From Laetmonice hystrix (lineage: Eukaryota): DNA of 64,000 bases. Location: NCBI GenBank assembly GCA_965235115.1, contig OZ249440.1:23560001-23624000 (forward strand). Direction: 5' to 3'. Numbering within the stretch: the stretch's first letter is position 1; each line of letters starts with the position of its first letter. The position numbers were made by a program, and so were the translations under genes. This document shows, in pieces, positions 13,895 to 28,169 of the stretch. The notes beneath the pieces are model-generated. The model searched no databases, was not told the origin of the DNA, and saw nothing but the letters and a program-made list of their open reading frames with translations.

Positions 13895-14113
13895 TTCTTG
13901 ATTGTATGTAGGCTAGTTCGTGGGACAACATGGAAATGGGACTTGATTCTTGATTGTATGTAGGCTAGTTAGTGGGACAACATGGAAAGGGGACTTGATT
14001 CTTGATTGTATGTATGCTAGTTAGTGGGACAACATGGAAAGGGAACTTGATTCTTGATTCTATGTAGGCTAGTTAGTGGGGCAACATGGAAAGGGAACTT
14101 GATTCTTGATTCT
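13895..14113. repeat. 52-bp tandem repeat, ~4.2 copies
   Basis: Unit TTCTTGATTGTATGTAGGCTAGTTAGTGGGACAACATGGAAAGGGGACTTGA starts at 13895, 13947, 13999, 14051 and 14103 (partial). Confidence 0.96.
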
Positions 14114-17100
14114 GAAGGCAGGATCAAGGGATATCACTGGGGAGCACAGGATTCTGGGGGTTGACCCTAATGATTGAGAGGGGAGAGACTGATGAGATGT
14201 CAGAACGATTAGAGGGGCTGGGAGGACGGTCTGGGTGAGTAGATACGGCCATTGAGATCAGAAAACTTCTGACAAGCGTCGTTCGGATATTGTCTCTCTG
14301 AATGAATTGCCTCTCAGATCTCAAATATACAGGCTTCCCTGCTAATAATTATTTATAGTTTGACAATAACATCTCTACGATAACTGTATTAAATGTGGTG
14401 CCAGTGCGTCTACCAAACATGTAAACATTAAAAAGAGACAGTTGAACTTGTTCCATACGGTTTATGGAAGGTGAGGTCTGGGTTGTTTACGGATGGTTTG
14501 TGACCGTCCTGAGTGCCCGCCACCCTGACGTCCGTCTGTCCGTCTGTCTGGCGGGAGGACCGGCCGGTGGACAGACACAGGGAGATGTCGCCGGGAAGCC
14601 GGGGCCAATCCCCGGGATGAGCGCCCGCCTGGTCCGACACGGCAGTAAGCGATGCCGCTGGACCATTTGATTCAATTTGGACCGAGTGAGGGTTGGGGGC
14701 GCCGACACGGGCGGGAGATGTATTGTCTGCTAAGGCGGCCCCAGTGAGGGTCTCTCGGACGACCGGCCAGGCCAGAGAATGCCTATTAACCCCGCCTGAC
14801 CCCACGTGTCGCCTACCCCTTATCCGCACCCCAAACCTAATCATTTCTTGCTTCACCAGCCACACAAACTGCCCAATAATATTATTCGACAAAATCGCTG
14901 TCGTTTGAGGCGAATCCGTAAAAGCCGGGGAGGGCCTGGCGTAGGCCAAGGGGCCGGAAGGAGGGGAAGCCAGGCCGGGGGTGGGGGCAGTCCGGCCCGT
15001 CAGCCCACCCGTCACCCGGGCCACGGCACAACAAGATGGACCACCTCCAATGTATCTGCCTCTGAAATCCCATAAGCTCCATGGCCACCAAGCCATAGAC
15101 CGCCATCGACGTTTAGATACGGGGTTCAGCGCGTCCAGCTAAATGGATGGCCAGGAGTCAGGAGAAGTGACCGGGCTAAGCTAACATTTCCTCTTGTTCA
15201 AAAGGCGTGTCACCCCCAATAGAGATTGCACACAGGCGTGCACGCACACAAACCAGAGTCCAACGTTATCCCCGGCGTGTTTAGTCCCAGTGTGTTATCA
15301 TGTGTCCCGGTTTTAAAGCCCAGTTCATTATTTAATGTTACAATTCTAGTATGATAATACAATCATTTTGTGAGCGGCCTTGCTACCAACAGTGGGTAGC
15401 GGAGAATGTAAATAAAGCAAGAGCGCCACCCGCCAGCCGGCCGGCGTGGGTCTCGTGTGACAGCTGTCCGTGCACAGACTGGTGTGACAACGACCGGGTC
15501 TCCTGCTGTGGGGGGCACAAAGGCCGTCCAAGCGGCAGGCCCGGTCGCCACCCCACCCGGCCCCGCGCCCCCCACTCTCCCGTCAACCCGAGTCAACCTC
15601 CCGGGCGCACCTCACTGCTATTATGACGCTCAATAATAGCGCTAAATGTCCGCCACGTGCCGAGACCCGTGCTCCTCAACGGTACTCTTGATGCTCGATG
15701 GCGTTCTGGCGCTGCGAGGCAATCGAGAGCCGTCAATGGGTGCTCACGAGTGCTCTCCGCCTCCTCGGGTGTGGCGCGGCCTCGATTAGCCGCGTGGGTA
15801 GCAGACCTCGCAGCATGACTAACTTTGATGTATTTTCCGTACTCGGAGGTGGTCTTTGGTTACTGAAGACAGCACGCTGACATCCTTCGACACGGCTGTC
15901 TTTCTGTGTTGTTCTCTGCTTCTTTCTTCTCAACGAAGAGTTTCACCGCTGACTTGCAACAACGTCCTTTGTTTGCCTCGTCAAATCTCGGTCCTTTCAT
16001 GCCATTGATTTCATCAGTCTAGCCTTTATGACAGAAGTGTTTCATTGACTTCTTTTAATGCTAGTCTATCCGAGGCAGGCTCACATACTCCTTTCTGATG
16101 TTTATCGGCATACGTACAAGAAACATTATTCCATTGTCCTTTACAATACCCAGCGGATGCTCCCATTGCGGTATATCTTGGGCTTTTTGGCATGATGACC
16201 CTGGCGTGAAATACATTGTTCGACTTCTAATATTGCAAACAAGCCCCAGGCTCCGATCAAACCGGAGCCCTCGTAGCGTACAAACGAGAGGCCGGGCTGC
16301 ATTAGCCCGCCACAGTTGCTGTCTTATATAAAGAAAGACAGCACGGCAATTGGTAGTGTACCCTCCCTGTGGACGTCAATGGCATGGGGATAATAGGCAA
16401 GGACGAGGCGGCAGGACGTCAGGGGATCGGCTACAATCCCCTCACGTCGCAGTGGTGTACAATTGAACCGGTGCATGGAGGAATAGAGGAACGTAGGCCT
16501 AGTTTCTTCAAAAATAGTTCGTCAGGACAAAGCAGGAGGGCATGTTCAGATGTTGAATCAGTCCGCTGTTTATGAGGTCGATTAGCTTTTGGGAGACGAA
16601 GATGTCTCGGCTGACGAGACATCATTAAACGAATCCCAAAGGTCGTATCTCACTCGTCATTCTTTCTCAGGTCTCTTTCAAATAATTCTATGATACGCGC
16701 CACGTGTACTGAAGGTTCACGTGCAATTGAAATAATCGCCATCCAATGTCATGGGACTCCTAATTCCGTCAGGAATTGATGACTTCACGTACACTTTTAC
16801 AATTCAAAGACCTCATATAACCATGGAGCAAATAAATGAGTGCAAAACGTATTAGTGTTTATCTTCAGAGGTAACATTGATATTCAGTTTCCCTTCTTTC
16901 TAAACTCTGTTATGAATGTACCACACTGGCAATGCAATTAGCATAATTGCCAATTAACCGTTGGGCCTTGGCTGAAAGCATGTACATAATAAGTGTCAGC
17001 CGTAGTCACACTACAGCCTCAGCGTTCGGCAAGGCTTTGAAATATTTAGTCGTATCCTGGGTAAATGAGCATTCGTGTCAAACTGGTCATATCCAACCCG

Positions 17101-20100
17101 AATTGGTGAGAGTCGGTCTTCATTGTGATGGTCTGGACAGAGCCAATGAACAGTGGACGTCACTACGCTCCTTGTTTGGTACCCACTGACCTAATTAGCC
17201 ATTCATCTCCCGCTCTCGCGAGATCATCAGTGCTTGCGCGCGCACCGTAGCAGACGGCACAGTAGGCTGAGGTTATAGGCACGTGCGAGGGACGACGAGC
17301 GACAGGCGGCAAAATAGGAAGAAATGACTCGGGTTGGCCACCGTGAATTATTAATGGCCGTGAATTGTTATAAGAAAAGTACATGTCGGCGTGTCAGTAT
17401 GATTGGTTCGTTTGGCCAATTTAAAGCCCACACCACCTGCCATACAAAAGATGGCATCCCATTTTACAGCTCCAAATCTACGGAATAGTTTTCAGGCTTG
17501 AATGAAGAGGAATTAGTAGTCAGAGGTCAAAAATGGACCATAATGTTAAAACTCAGAGCTGGAAGTGTCTCAATTCAATGTATTATTCTTTCTCCACGAG
17601 TTTTTTTTTTAATTCTTTTTTTAAGATGTTATTAATTCACTGGTCGTATCACCCCGTGAATTTTGTGAGAACGACAGGGCCATCGTTTTATCATTTGCTG
17701 TGACCGCTGGCCAATTCCGTAAACTACATGCGTGCGGTGCATGAACTGCCAGACGGGAGAACACTGGCTTTTTAATTTGTGGGCGCCTAATCGGAATAAT
17801 GTGGGCGGGCGGCGTGTTGCGCGTGTAGCGGGTGGCCCTGGGGACATGAGACGGTCACTTAGTCTATTACATCGTTATATCAGCTATCGAACGGCGCGCG
17901 GCCCCCACTTCATAATGCTCGGTGTCGGGGGACTCCCAGTCGACGTAATGACCGGATTGCTTTAAGACAATGAGAGCGAAATTACTCAAAAATGATCATT
18001 ATCATGATTTCTCTAATTCCACCGGACACTGCCGGTGGGAATTGAAACCACCTAGGTTCCACACACACGCCTCTCGAAAATAGCCCACATAAGTTGTGAG
18101 ACGATCAACGAAGGCGGACAGCGGATTGGTTAAAAAATCCCACAGACGGCATTGACCAACGCCAGCAGGCAACACAGCGAGGCGATACTGAAATTGACCA
18201 CACGCGCGAAGATTAAGTTTGGTGTCATGATTACAATCATATTGCTTAGGTCTGAAAAAAAATGATGGTTGATAAAAGTTTATCGGCAGGCGCATGGACT
18301 CTGGAGATAGGTTAGGTTAATCCTCGAGTAGGGATCGTGAGAACCGTCTGGTCATTTCGAATACCAGTATCAGAGACTGAGACTGCATTGACCTGTCACC
18401 CTCAGTGGGCCCCTATAGTCGATATATGGAATAAGAATAATGAAAAATCGGAAATATTCCACAGACACATCGTCATTTGATTCGTGGAATTCCAGTCCAC
18501 AGACCACATGCACTGCCTGTGATCGTTGACCTCGTGTACTGCAGATTCTCATTCCAAACCGATGGCACCAAAACGGAAACAACTCTTGCAACAATCAAAT
18601 TCCTCTACACCACAATCCAGTTTTATTGCTATCGTTTCAATGAAAATAGTTGCCATTCGGTCAAAGGAACCGGGTCCATTTAAGTTTTCCATGGCCACAG
18701 ACCCCCCCCCCCTCTGCCGCCCCAACCCTCACGCCCCCTTTTCCTCTACAGTATAGATGATATCAAGTGTATCGCGCTATTTGCGCAGGCCGCGCGTTCC
18801 ATTTCCATCGCGATATTGGCGCGCTCGACGAAAGTCGTCTGCTGCATTGATTTCCGATGGAGAAGGCAAGCGTTCGGCTGACCGCCCAGCTGAGACCTGG
18901 TCAGGGGTTCGCCCCTGATCGACTGATTCTTTATGACCTCAAAGTATGCAAGAAACGCACCCATAATAAACATCTACAGCCGTAACATCACGGTTAATAA
19001 GTTCTAAATGAAGAGGTTGGTAGATTTTTTTTTTACATTCGTACATTGAATGGATAATGTACCTCTGAGTCAGCGCGTTTATAAATGATCACAAAACTAT
19101 AAAAAGAAATATGTAGGCCTATCTGTTACTTTCCGTACACCCATCCCCTGCGTTCACGCTCCTTACATAGAAACGCACACCAAACTCCCCAACAACCCCC
19201 CCCCCCCCTTTAAAAATAACTCTCCCTAGTTATTGCACGGAATAACAATTATTTTCAATTGTACGCTTGGGAGATAGCTTGTTACACGACGACCGCGCAG
19301 GCAAATTCTATACACTGATCAAATTATGGGTATAGTATTTCAAGTCGCGACTGACTTGCATCACCATGGTAACGTAATTACGCGGAGTGTTGGTCCCAAC
19401 CAGCTGGGCACAAAGAACTGGTGTTGTATTGAAACAACAATAAATGCAACAAGGCTTGGGTTTCATGGAGCAAATGTCCTTACTGTTCATCGTATAAATT
19501 GGCTTAACCGCATGCGCCATCCTACAGCACAGCATTAAGCCAAAGCTCTGCATGGCTCATATATATGATCTTTTTTATTATATCTAATAAATTTATAAAC
19601 ATGATAAAGGTTATTATGAGTTGGTGGTATAGCTGAGCGATATTACGTGATTTTGGCAGGCCAGTTTCTGTTGTACACGATATATAGTACACTGTACACT
19701 GTACACTGATTACTGCCGAGCCAGAGTAAGTGTACCTGGTGTGGACGGGATTTACACAAACGTCAGGCAAGCGTCATGGACGCGTCCATGACGTCAGGCC
19801 ATCCCGTGATCTCAGCCAATCAAAAGTTAATTAGGCCAACCACGTGATCAGAGCAGGCACAACAGAGCAGGCACAACAACCACAGAGTTTATGAAGTCCA
19901 TGAAAAAAAAGCCATGATGTAGGCCTATCACCTGTGACGTAGTAATATCATATTATGACGTCATTATGTGGCTTCCCACTGTAATGTATGACTCCGCACG
20001 TTCCCGGCCTAGCCTGCAGTTTTAGGTTCGAGAGATCCTCACTCCCCTCCACCAGGCCACCAAACCACGCCACAGTTGAGAACAGATGATTAATTTTCAT

Positions 20101-22371
20101 TCCAGCCCTAATTCTGTAACGAAATTCAGATCGACTGTTATTAGGTTAGCTGATTTTGTTTCACCCTCTTATCGACACTTGCTCCGATGATTGATAACAA
20201 TTCGAGACGAGCAATGTTAGAGCCTCACGTGTGAGGGGATGGTGGAGAACGGGAACGCCTGAAATATTTCAATTATCGCCCAACTGATTAGGCCCTATAG
20301 AGCACACGTCAAGGATATAGAGAGCGTCATAGAGATTTCAATCACTATGTTGGCTGTGGGACAACCAAGATGGGCCAATATTAATATACCTGTCATGATC
20401 CTTTCCCTAGTCGTATATATTCAGGTTTATTATCATGATTTTGTCGGAGAGAAAATTCTTGGTGTTGTCACTCGACGGTTGTGTTGAACTATATCAACGG
20501 GACACGGATATCTTGAGATATTCTACGATTTGTTATTGATAGGAACACTTTCCTCCGTAGTCACCTGTCGGTAAGGTTTGACGATCAGGAGGTGTTAGTA
20601 TGGGGGGCGGGGGGTACAGGAGATGGTTTGACAGGTAGTGGACCGGTAGTGGGTTAATCACCTTAAGTCCTGTTTGCCCCAGATGTGATGTGTGATAGCT
20701 CCACGCTTTTATTCTATTACGATGGCCCGATATACGGCCCGTTCACCGCCATTTCTTGAGCAAGTCAGCTGCTACAAATAGTATATTGATGGCGCCCGCC
20801 GCCACGACCTGCCCACCTAAGCCCCATAAGCTTGTTAATTTGAACGGCGCTCCATATGCGCCCTGCTGATAGTTTTGCCCCCATTTGCCCGGGCCGGCCA
20901 TTTCTATACAGCCGTGGTCGGGCTAGTTAGTGTCCGGAAGGGGCAAGCTGGATCTATCAGGATCCACATAAAGCACATGCCGCCCGCGCAGCCGATAACG
21001 TTGCTCCACACTCCAGCCCGATTTATAGCGAGCAACAAGCGATTACGGTCTGCCCGCCCCAATGGCCGACCGACAACGGCCACGGTATATACCGACAACT
21101 TCAACCGACAACTGATGCCAGGGCTGCTTCATCTGGAGGCAGAGAAAGGCAGCGGCAGACATCATAACATTCTAATCGCCCACTTCGGCACGACGCCATG
21201 TTTTCTTGCCCCCAAAAATATTGCGATGTTGGGATCTTTTTTCCCCCTTTTTTTTTGGCTTCCCGTATTGTATTGATTTTCATCAACAGTGAATATTTTT
21301 AAGCCGTTTTAGTTCTTGCCCGTCTATCTGGGCCACATGTTATCGCGGAGCTGTGCCACTTAGTGATAGGACAAACCATGTGGCGTGCTGTGGGGTCCCA
21401 TGGGAAGTCTTCATGGGCCATACCTCGTGAAGGCGGGTAGAGTGTGTGAAACGGCTGGCTTCCAGTCTTAACCCTTGTCACACCGTCTATACGATGTCAA
21501 ACGGTGTTTCTACCGAGCTGCGCTATGGCTTATAGCTAAAACACGGTGAGGTTAGGGTGTATACCTGCAGTAAGCACCCCCCACTTTAACCCGTAAAGAC
21601 GGACAGGGTTTTCCAAGAAACCTGTTGCCGGTATATTACCCTTACCCAGCCTGACGTACACACGGCCCAGCTGATCCAAGTAATTGTCCCATGCATAGCA
21701 AACCACGTGACACCAGAGGCGCGATTCAATTTGACGGCCCATGATATTGTCAATGCCCCTCTATGTAAAGCCGGCCCCAATCAGATGTGTTTTGGTCACA
21801 AATTACATTGGCAGCCGGACGTGCGATCGATCCTATCGACAGCTCTTTAGCTTGTTTCTGTATTTGGGGGGAGAAAAAGCCGCTTCTCCTCAGCCTGGCG
21901 ACTGGGGCTAATTTTCAATTCCCTAATGTGGTATCAGTGTAGCGGGTGTAGTTATGTCAACACGAGCGTGTGCCTTCAGCCGGTATTTTGCCCGGGTAGC
22001 ATCATTCAATTAGATCGCACTGGCAGTAAATAACGCCACAACTGGGCCTCACTGATGCGGCCAAGATGAAATAATCGCTAAATGGGATCGGCGGAATTAT
22101 GCTGTGATGAATTAGAAGATCCAGCCAGCGCACGCTCTCTGTTTCGTTTGGGACGCACTTTGGCTTTGAGTCTGCGTGCCACAACAGCCCACCCATCCTG
22201 CCTGGGGGTGGGTGGAGGGTGGCGCTGTGTGGGGTTGATGAAGAGGGAGTTAAGTGAATGGACTGACACACAAACACACACCCACTGAATGTACTAACAG
22301 ACAAAATGTCTGCTACGCTTTGAACACATGATGCGTTTTAACTGTACCGACTGACATTTCTATCAAGGCCA

Positions 22372-22958
22372 AACAAGTGTGGGACACTGCAACACATAAT
22401 GTGGGACACTCCAACACATAATGTGGGACACTCCAACACATAATGCCGGACACTCCAACACATAATGTGGGACACTCCAACACATAATGTGGGACACTCC
22501 AACATATAATGTGGGACACTCCAACACATAATGTGGGACACTTCAACACATAATATAGGATACTCCAACACATAATATGGGGCACTGCAACACATAATGT
22601 GGGACACTCCAGCACATAATATGGGACACTCCAACATATAATGTGGGACACTCCAACACATAATGTGGGACACTTCAACACATAATGTGGGACATTCCAA
22701 CACATAATGTGGGAGACTCCAACACATAATGTGGGAGACTCCAACACATAATGTGGGACACTCCAACACATAATGTGGGACACTTCAACACATAATATAG
22801 GATACTCCAACACATAATATGGGGCACTGCAACACATAATGTGGGACATTCCAACACATAATGTGGGACACTCCAGCACATAATATGGGACACTCCAATA
22901 CATAATGTGGGAGATTCCAATATGTAATATCGGAGACTCCAACACGTAATGTAGGACA
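22372..22958. repeat. 22-bp minisatellite (CCAACACATAATGTGGGACACT), ~26 copies
   Basis: Direct periodicity. It explains the repetitive ORFs 22313..22945 and 22338..22769. Confidence 0.97.
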
Positions 22959-25900
22959 TCGCGGTATTCCGGAAAGCGGAGCCATCAGTACGACCAGGAA
23001 TTTCCCGGTCGTTGGCAGAGGTACAGCGAGGCAATGAAGCCTTGTGACCCGGCAATGAAGCCCTGAAGACGAGCCAGACCCGGCCCGGTCCCAAGGGACC
23101 CATAGCGCCGCCCAGGGGGGCAGCCCGGCCCAGAGGGGATTTATAGCCCGGCCACGGTCACACAGACATACGCCACCGCCAGGTGCCACGTGGAAATTGT
23201 GTTAAGGAAACAGGTGGACGGCGATCTACGGTTGTATCGCCCCCATAAACTGCCCCTCTTGTTTCAGCAAATTTGATAACGCTATTATAGATTGTCGGTC
23301 AGCCTGGAGAGATAGCCGCCGCTAAACCCCTCTGTGTGTGCACTACTTACGTAGTCTGCCCATATTACAGGGTGGGCAGTCGTCGGCCTCCAGCCTGCAT
23401 ACAGAGTGACTCGTCCCATTTACCGCCACATGTTTCCATGTATTAATCCGCGGACATGTACCACTGACAGAGAACTACTTCATTAGACAATATCAGCCCG
23501 CAGCCAACGACGGCGCTCCTCACTCGACGAGGCGACGCTCAATGGATCCTAACGCAATGAATTGCTTTTTAATCGCGATCAAAAGCGCCTTAAAGACAGC
23601 TCTCAATGCATTCTGGTGTTGATGGGCGGGCAATTGTTGAATGGATGAGGTAGATTCGCACCGAGAAATTAACTTTGCAGGAGGGTGGCGTCCCCCCCCC
23701 CTAAAAAAACGATTTGTAATCAACAGATGACGGGGTATCTTTTCAGTTGGAAAAATCCCGTTCTTTATATCGCCCTTACAAAACATCACAATTATTTGTG
23801 TATAGATCGTATAAAGTTAACCATTCACTCCCCTGGCTTGAATTGGTCTATCCTTTGAATGGTGTGTTCACATTGCCATGTTGTGTTCGCCTTTACAACT
23901 CATGTGCATCTGTTATATTGGACACATGGCGAACCGGTGCTCCTCGGTTGACCTCTAACCTTAAAGGTTAAGAGGTCATGAATTGGCGTTTGTATGATGC
24001 TCAGACACCGTTATTAGTTGCCGCAATGCCATCCTGACCTGTGGCTTTACGTCAGCATTCATTGAGACAAGACACAGCCATGCACTTACACGGTGTCTTA
24101 CGGACCGGTAGGCTCTCTCATATTGCGAACATCAAACAGTGGAAGTAGGGTAAATATAGGGGAATTGTGCTGGGTGGGAAATAATTAAAACATTCATTGT
24201 CTTTGTCCTAGGCCACTAACCGGGGCATGGCCATAGAGACAGCGTCTGCCTGTTCACTATGTTACTGAATTAACCCTCACGTAACAAATGAAAGTGTAAT
24301 ACGGTTTGACAATTATGAAGTATGTCCCCAACCAATTAAGCCTCTAGGAAAAGCATAATTAGAAAGGAGGCAATTGATATAATGCAATGATGGGTTGAGT
24401 GTATTGGCCATTGTTTCGAGTGCCCCCCAACCTCATCCGACCCCCACCTCAACCCCCACCCCCACTCCGCAACATCTGTAGTGTGGAATAGACCAGCTGT
24501 ATGACCGCAGGCAATGTAGCAAACGCAACAGATCTCCGTGGACGAGGTTCACCTCCAGTCGAGTACTGTTGAACGATAGACCGTCATCACTGTAGGATTC
24601 CCCTGCCGGGTTCTCTTGATGACTTTGTTTTTTTTTTCTTTAAATATACATTTTATATCCACAAATACGTCCTGCTCCTTCCTCGAGCTCCTTCCGCTCG
24701 AGCATATCAGCGTTTTGTCCCGCTACTCCTCGCGCCGGCTCATTGTCGTCTGCTTGGCTCGACCGAGCCAGAAATGGCGGGATCGGTGTGGTCACATAAA
24801 TATTTTAGCAAGCAAGATTGTGGCCCAAAGTAGGCCAGCAGCGGGTGTTGTGCTATCGGCCTGTAAAATGGGACAAGCCATGCGTGCTGCTGCCATCTGT
24901 TTCTCGCGAGACCCGCGAGACTGGAATCGTTTATTCTCGGAGAATATCGTTACTGTGATGGATATGGAGGCCAAACGTTTTCACATATTCACTTCATTGC
25001 TGTTTGCCAATGTGTCGCCTGATAGAATTTCCCCCACGTTATGACACGGGTAAATGAATAAAGCAACCGGTTCCTGGCCACAGCCTTCCCCCCCTTCACG
25101 ACAGCACAGCAAGCCAAGTCACAGCTCATATGGCGACCCTTTATTTTGTCGGTTCTAATCGTCGACAGACCTGTCACTTTCTATTTACGATATCGTCCAT
25201 TGTAGGCCATGCCATGTCCGAGGCCCGACCCTTGGCTTCACGGCCACAGCCTCACCAGCTCCGACGGAGGTGGAGGCACTCGTCTCTTTCCATCCATGTA
25301 TGTTTTTGGCCTCGTCTCGTAGGAGCCTACATGGTAATTGGAGTCCCAGGTGCGGCAGGGCAGGTACTCTGATCTGGTACTCTTAATAATTAATGGGAGC
25401 ACGGGCAGGCCATGCGCGTGCTCGCAACATTTTGTATACACACACGTGTGCACGTCGCCACCAAGGCCCGGCCCCTTTCATGGGTGTCACCGCACAATGC
25501 TCTACATACTCACCGGGTTCAACTCCACCAATACAAGCATCGCAAGGTCAATGGTTTACATGTTACGGAACGTTGATATGGGCTGTCGGGCACCTAGTGC
25601 ACCTTTCCGATTCGGGTGTGATGAAAATGGAGAGAAGCAGGGGAAACTGGGGAGGCAGCACGCAGGCGGATCATTTTACATCGGGTCAGCATCCAATTTA
25701 CCGAACGACAAGGGTTAACAGCTACTCTGGCCGCCGCCGGGGCAGGCCTGGCGGGCAGAGCAAGGGCAGAAACAAAAGGCAGATCGACCTAATGAAAACA
25801 AATGATTCACCGTTCATTAGACGGGTTGCCGACCCATAGTGATGGGACAGTTATGGTTTACGAGGTGCTGAGATGATGACCCTGGTGTGATGTCTAATCT

Positions 25901-28169
25901 TCGACTGGGACCCGTTACAGTGTCTGATCCCGTGCCCCCACCCACCCCCACCCACCACAACCCCACACACACACCCCGGACCCCAGCTGTGCCCTGGTCG
26001 TGTAAGGCGAGCCTTTTCATCAAGGGACATTAGCTGATGGCATGTAATGTAGGTCTAAACGCACCGGCCAAACAACCCACTCTGTGCGGGCCGCCTACAG
26101 CAGACAGGCTGAGTTCGTAATCCTAGCGGGGACTGGCCGAACCTGACATACGTAGGTTTGATAGTGGAGACGTGATGACAGCAGGTTCAGTCTAAGATAG
26201 AGTATTCCTTGTCTGAATCCACTCAACTCGACCAGGAATCCACTCAACTCCACCCCTACATTGGTTTACCTAGGACAAGTGGATTGCGGATCTTTCCACC
26301 AGGATCCGGTGGGGGTGATTCACCCCCTCTCCCCTCCGTGGTCTAGGTGGGTTTCACCCTACCGTACGTACCCTGACGGTCAAGTGTTGGGATGGGGCAG
26401 GGCATGGCGGCCGAGTCGCCGTATAATTTGTAGGTTTCGGGTTAATAACATTGCACAGCAGCCTGCAAACACAGACTGTTCAGATCCAATTTGGTGGCAT
26501 CAAAGATCTTTATAGCGGCCGAGGGGATGGCTCGGTCAGCTTTGTACGGCTAATGCCAACGGGGCCGGGGGGAGAGGGTCGGCTTGGGTAAATGGTCCCC
26601 TGGCCATGGGGGCTGGACACGACCAGGCCTGGTCAGTATCAGCGTCCGGCAAGGGTGGGGCAGAGTAGACGCTCTCAGATCTTAGATCTCAGGGGGGCAG
26701 GGGTCAGCACCGATCACGCACCCCCTTGAATAGCGTGGATTGATGCTGTCACGCCCGTTTGACGTTTTACCCTACCCCACCCCCTGCCCTGCCCTCCAAC
26801 CCCCCTCCACGCACCCATTGTATACCTGGAGGTGATAGAAAGCCCATTTATATGCACCTGACGGTATATTGACTATATGGTATATATTACATGAGGTGTG
26901 AAGTGTTCAGACAGGCGCTATGAACCCCACCCCCACCCCACCCCCACCCCCAATTGCTATATAGATGACCGTCGTCTGGAAGCGTAGGAGTAGGGGCTGG
27001 TCAATCTGCCACTCTACCTCCCTCAGCTGAGGCTATTATTCTGCCGGCCTGGCCAGAAGCCAAATCCAATGGCAGTGACTGGTCAGTTGGCTCGATGTGT
27101 CAGCCCAACGCAGCGGTCAAGCTGAGATGGTCAAGCGGAGACCGGGCCAGCCAACACGGAGTAGATTAGGCTAAGCCTACCCGTCCATTGTGACCACCGT
27201 ATAATGGTGATAGAGCCAGCGCCTGGTCCAGTGTTAATACTGACCCCTACAGCCACACATCGACACCACGCTGACCAGCGGTCAAGGAGATGACCGCCAT
27301 GCTGACTGCTCGGGATCCAATGGGTCAGGGGTCAAGGCCGAATCAGCCGACTCGGCGATCGAAGGCGAAAGCAGTTAATGGTCCCAGTGATTTGCATAAT
27401 TTCCGATAATGCAGGCCAATTGTTAGTGCCATGCACACCCGCCTAAGTATTTCCTCCGCACAATACTAACGGATGTAGGCTGCACACAATGGCTTATCTC
27501 CATCTTTCCTATCTCAGCATCACCTTCATCCACGTGTAAGGCCAGGGGAGATAATTACTGGGTCAGTCATGAATAAACACATACCATACTCAGCCGCGGA
27601 AACACACCTGGAAATATTCTAGTGAAATCGGTCAGGATACAAATGCAGAGTACAGAGAGTTGTATGTTGGTGTAATCTATTCACACATTGTGGAAGGTAC
27701 AGAATGGTATAGGGAGTTATAAGAGGGTGTAAGGAGGGGGGTAGTTATCCAAGTATTATAGATATACAAATGTTATAATATGTGTATCCATACATTCAGG
27801 CGAGCTTGTTCCCCCACGATGTTGCCCACAAAGAGCGTATCGTTGGTCGTTACCAGCTGGACATGCATGCATGCAGTACGTACCGTACGCGTTCACTTCG
27901 CACTGATCCATCAGCGTCCGTGACAGGTGCTGGCGACGCCGGGGATCCAATAACGACCGGATCATGAGAACGCTGGGGGTGGAGGGGTGGGCAGCGGCAG
28001 GGCTGGGATCATCCCTTGGCGTTCGGATTAACACAGCTCGGGCTCGATCAGCGGGTGTTGGCTTTATTACAACACCTATCACCGACCGACGGCTCGCCTG
28101 GAGTCGTCTTGACGTCTTTAAGGGAATACTGTCTCCCACACTCTCTAACAGGTCACGGAGTGAGAGACT

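Noticed and set aside
15698-16000. Short ORFs and purine-rich minus-strand sequence suggesting a nested gene (35020-35205 also considered)
   Set aside because: Stops in all extended frames, no recognisable domain, and no consistent exon structure.
22313-23189. Cys/His-rich repetitive ORFs that look like a zinc or metal-binding protein
   Set aside because: They are translations of the 22-bp minisatellite, not a zinc-finger spacing.
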